Shown here: in pieces, positions 60,881-64,000 of the stretch | Position numbering within the stretch: the stretch's first letter is position 1 | Layout: each line of letters opens with the position of its first letter | Assembly: GCF_021869535.1 (NCBI RefSeq) | Contig: NW_026262581.1 | Coordinates: 111,848,001-111,912,000 of the forward strand | Reading direction: 5' to 3' | Length of the DNA: 64,000 nucleotides | From: Mytilus californianus | Taxonomy: Eukaryota | Program-made: the position numbers and the translations under genes | Notes under the pieces: model-generated | What the model was told of the DNA's origin: nothing | Databases searched by the model: none | What the model saw: the letters and a program-made list of their open reading frames with translations, nothing else

Positions 60881-63668
60881 CTAAAATGAATTAAACATCT
60901 TATTAACTCTTGGTTAAATAATTTGACCTTGGTAAAATTTTAATGTACTTTTTCGACTTTCAAAAGTAAGAATATTGATTCTTGGGATCGTTAATCATTT
61001 CTTTTAAGCATCGGTATTTACTAAAAAGATATACATGTGTGTTTCACACTTAATCTCTATTCAAATAGGTTTATTATTTCATACACATATAATGCAGTTG
61101 TAACAACAAGTGAAACGGCGAGCTATTGCTCATTGATGATATCCCCGCCGCAACTGGATAATTTTAATAGTGTAAAAATATGTAAGTGTTCGGTAAACAT
61201 GAAGTTGTTGAGTTGTGAATCTGAAAACGCATCACACGGTATAGCTGACTTATATAAACCCTGAAACCAAATTTCAGAAATCCTTATGATGTAGTTCCTG
61301 AGAAAGATGCGACGAAAAATATTCATGGGACGGACGGGCGGACTGACGGACCGACAGAGGTAAAACAGTATATCCCCGCTTTTTTAAAGCGGGGGTATAA
61401 AAAGCATTCTATACATACTCTAGATATTAGACAGCATTATTCTCTTTAAGTATTGTCTCTGTTCAATAACAATTGATAAAAGCGAAATAAATCTACTCTA
61501 TCTGCATTTATATTTGAATTCCTATGTTTGAAATGTTTCAAATAAGAAGGTTAATGCAGAAAATGTTCGCAGATCAGTGCGGATTGCTGTTGCTCTTAAA
61601 ACAGCAAAATGTTAACCTGAACTGCCTTATGCTCTTTGTAAGAGTACTTTCAAACTGAGCATACAATTTTTAGACAATAATATTCCATGGTTAATAAAGG
61701 CAACAGTAGTGAACCGCTGTTCAAAAGTCATAAATCGATTAACAGAAAACAAATCCGGGTTACAAACTAAAACCGAGGGAAACACATCAACTATAAGAGT
61801 AAAACAACGAAATAACAGAACACAGAAGTGCAACAACAAAAAAACAACAATGCAACATTCATAGAAACGAACTATTAAATAACAAGTGCCATATTCCTGG
61901 CTTGGTAATATTTTCAACTGAGCAAGAGGTCTGTAACATATAATCAATTTAACAAAGGATTAAAACCGAAGGCTAAAACTAACCAAATGATGAGCAATTG
62001 TATTTTCCTTAGGGAAAATACTAATCTTTAAAAAAAATTAATAAAAAGATTTAAAATAACAACACGAGAAATAAAGGGGTCATTTCAGTGCTTATGAATC
62101 TGGACATTTATTCGTGGATGTCTTATTTACTATTTGATATATGTTGATTCCACAATAAGGTTATTAAAGGATGAAATATAGCTGGCATCATTAATAAATT
62201 ATAATGACTATGGTGAATATTTTCACACCTACAAAGTGTTTACATATTGTTATAGACCACTAAATATTGAATGTTTAAAAAAGGTTGTAGGCGAATGCTT
62301 TAAAGCATATTTGTCTTATAAATACTTTAAATAAACATAGAATAAAGAATGATAATTTTCGAATAAAATAGATATCTGGAACTGTCCTTTCATAGTCTGT
62401 TATCAAAAAAAGGATATCCCTTATTTTGTAAATTGTGCATTAACTTGTCATGTCACATATTTGTTGACAATTATAATTGGCACCGTTGGTAATACTTGAA
62501 AATAATCATAAAAAACAGTTGAAGCAACAGAAACACTATCAATAGAGAATTACCAAATATTGGGATAATTTTGAAAAAAACAAAAATAGAAAATCGGTTT
62601 AGTTTCTGGTTGGAATACTTAAGTATTTGCATATATCATCACAATTAGTTCAAGAATTGTTTTCTTCTTTTGTAAAATTGAGAATGGAAATGGAGAATAT
62701 TTCAAAGAGACAATAACCCGACCAAAGAGCAGACAACAGCCGAAGGCCATCAATGGGTTTTCAACGCAGCGAGAAAATCCCGCACCCGGAGGTGGTCCTC
62801 AGCTGGCCCCTAAATAAAATTGTGTACTAGTTCAGCGAAAATGGACGTCACACTAAACTCCAAAACATATAAATGATCTAAAATTAAAACACATACAAGA
62901 CTAACAAAGGCCAGAGGCTCCTGACTTGGGACAGGCGCAAAAATGCGGAGGGGTAAACATTTTTAAATGTGTAATCTATAAATTATTCTTACTAGCGTTA
63001 TGCAAGTATACATTTGATTCATACATGTGAGTATTTTGGAAAAAGTGCTTAGATTACTGCCTTAGAAACGGAAAACTTATTAAAAACATACCGTTAAAAA
63101 TATAAAAGTAGAATGTTTAAATATTCTTAGTGCATTGTTGAGTTATCTAAAAACAATTAAATTGCTGATCAGTGATAAATGTTTCTTTTTAGTTTTGCAT
63201 CATATAAATCAAAATGTTTACAAATACATTGAACAAATAACAGAAGCACATACTATTTTCAGTGCACAATTTTCTTTTATAATTTTTGATAGTCCATGTC
63301 ATCCCAAAGTTTACCCCATCAATTATTTAAATAAAGAATTTCAATAGAATGTGCAAAAGTACATCATTTGAGTAAGATTAGGTGAAAGTTTCACAAAATT
63401 CTTTCAATTGGTTCAGGTGCAGTTGCGGATACAAAAATAGGACAAAAGGACGAACGAACATACAGACGGATGGTTTTACAATCACTGCATACCACTATTT
63501 AAAGCGCGGGGGATTAAAATGGTATGGCAAAAAGAAGTCATGCCAGCTACATAATCCCTTACCATCATCGTCGTTATCAAAATCTTTCATTTTTGTAGGA
63601 ACAACAGCACTTGCTTGTTGGACTGCAGTTTTCCATTCTTCGACATCACTTTTAGTTGTAGTCATCAA
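60306..63668 (-). CDS. SKAP2: SKAP2-like adaptor, 3' part (end of PH, Tyr/Pro-rich linker, C-terminal SH3); complement(join(60306..60880,63563..63668)); gene continues beyond the window
   Basis: SH3 FENMYIGKWDCTGDNDKELSFKKGDIIYIINRDFDDRSWWVGELNGKFGLVPKNYLTEAY resembles the SKAP-type SH3 as recalled; PH end LMTTTKSDVEEWKTAV; phase-1 junction. Confidence 0.8.
61150..61402 (-). mobile_element. HINE/DINE-like 5' fragment
   Basis: ttttatacccccgctttaaaaaagcggggatatac hairpin followed by (gtcc)-type microsatellite on the minus strand. Confidence 0.75.
62690..62955 (-). mobile_element. Short interspersed repeat, family E (fragment at 47775-47880)
   Basis: aaagagacaa..ccgaccaaagagcagacaacagccgaaggcca..aatgggt..ttcaa; contains cctgacttgggacagg. 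Confidence 0.7.
63563..63668 (-). CDS. SKAP2: SKAP2-like penultimate coding exon (PH C-terminal helix)
   Basis: ttccag|LMTTTKSDVEEWKTAVQQASAVVPTKMKDFDNDDD|gtaagg. Confidence 0.8.
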
Positions 63669-63819
63669 CTGGAATAAGTACATTTTTAAATAATCAAAAT
63701 AAGAAAATATCAGAACTTCCTCACCTCATACATAAATTTAGTTTTTAACCGAACAAATGTAACCACAGACATAGATTATGTAATCACAACAAGATACTTG
63801 CAGTTTTGTGCATTTTTTT

Positions 63820-64000
63820 ATTTTTGTCCCCCGCGCGACGCGTTGCGTGGACATAGAAATACCGGGCGTCCGTCCGTCGGGTCTTGGTAGCGCTCTCGTG
63901 TACAATTCTTGCCAGATTTGTATAAAACTTATATCATAGATCTATATCATCATTGTCTCGGACAAGTTCGAAAATCAGTGCCGATCAATAATTTTTGAAA
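63820..64000 (+). mobile_element. HINE 5' end, same family as 39830-40150; runs off the window
   Basis: ttttgtcccccgc.., gggcgtccgtccgtc, agcgctctc..tgtacaattcttgccagattt. Confidence 0.75.

Overview
AT-rich animal genomic DNA, very likely a mytilid bivalve (inferred from the repeat families and gene types), with two N-gaps (24022-24159, 29938-30092). Three spliced host genes can be built by hand with consistent intron phases. (1) Plus strand, about 19421-48437: a type-I membrane protein with a uromodulin/GP2-type D8C(D10C) Cys domain, an LDLa module, a half-LDLa, a long Ser/Thr stalk, a TM helix and an acidic Tyr-bearing tail; the start exon is uncertain. (2) Minus strand, 48880-52815: a complete 5-exon, 214-aa atypical TIMP with a GKTK extension before C-X-C, loss of Cys13, 15 Cys and a Tyr/Lys/Gly-rich tail. 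It lies tail-to-tail with gene 1. (3) Minus strand, 60306-63668: the last two coding exons of a SKAP2-like PH-SH3 adaptor whose linker has five acidic Tyr motifs and Pro-rich ligand motifs. The rest is largely transposon debris: nested foldback/MITE elements, CR1-type and other LINEs, a deleted PIF/Harbinger, a heavily deleted Polinton/Maverick (pPolB, ATPase, integrase), many Penelope-like (PLE) RT fragments and PLE 3' tails (one with a hammerhead core), a 3.7-kb Kolobok-like insertion in a PLE YxDD motif, and Helentron-type HINEs carrying satellite arrays. All calls come from manual reading; no database searches were run, and TE boundaries are approximate unless a TSD is given.
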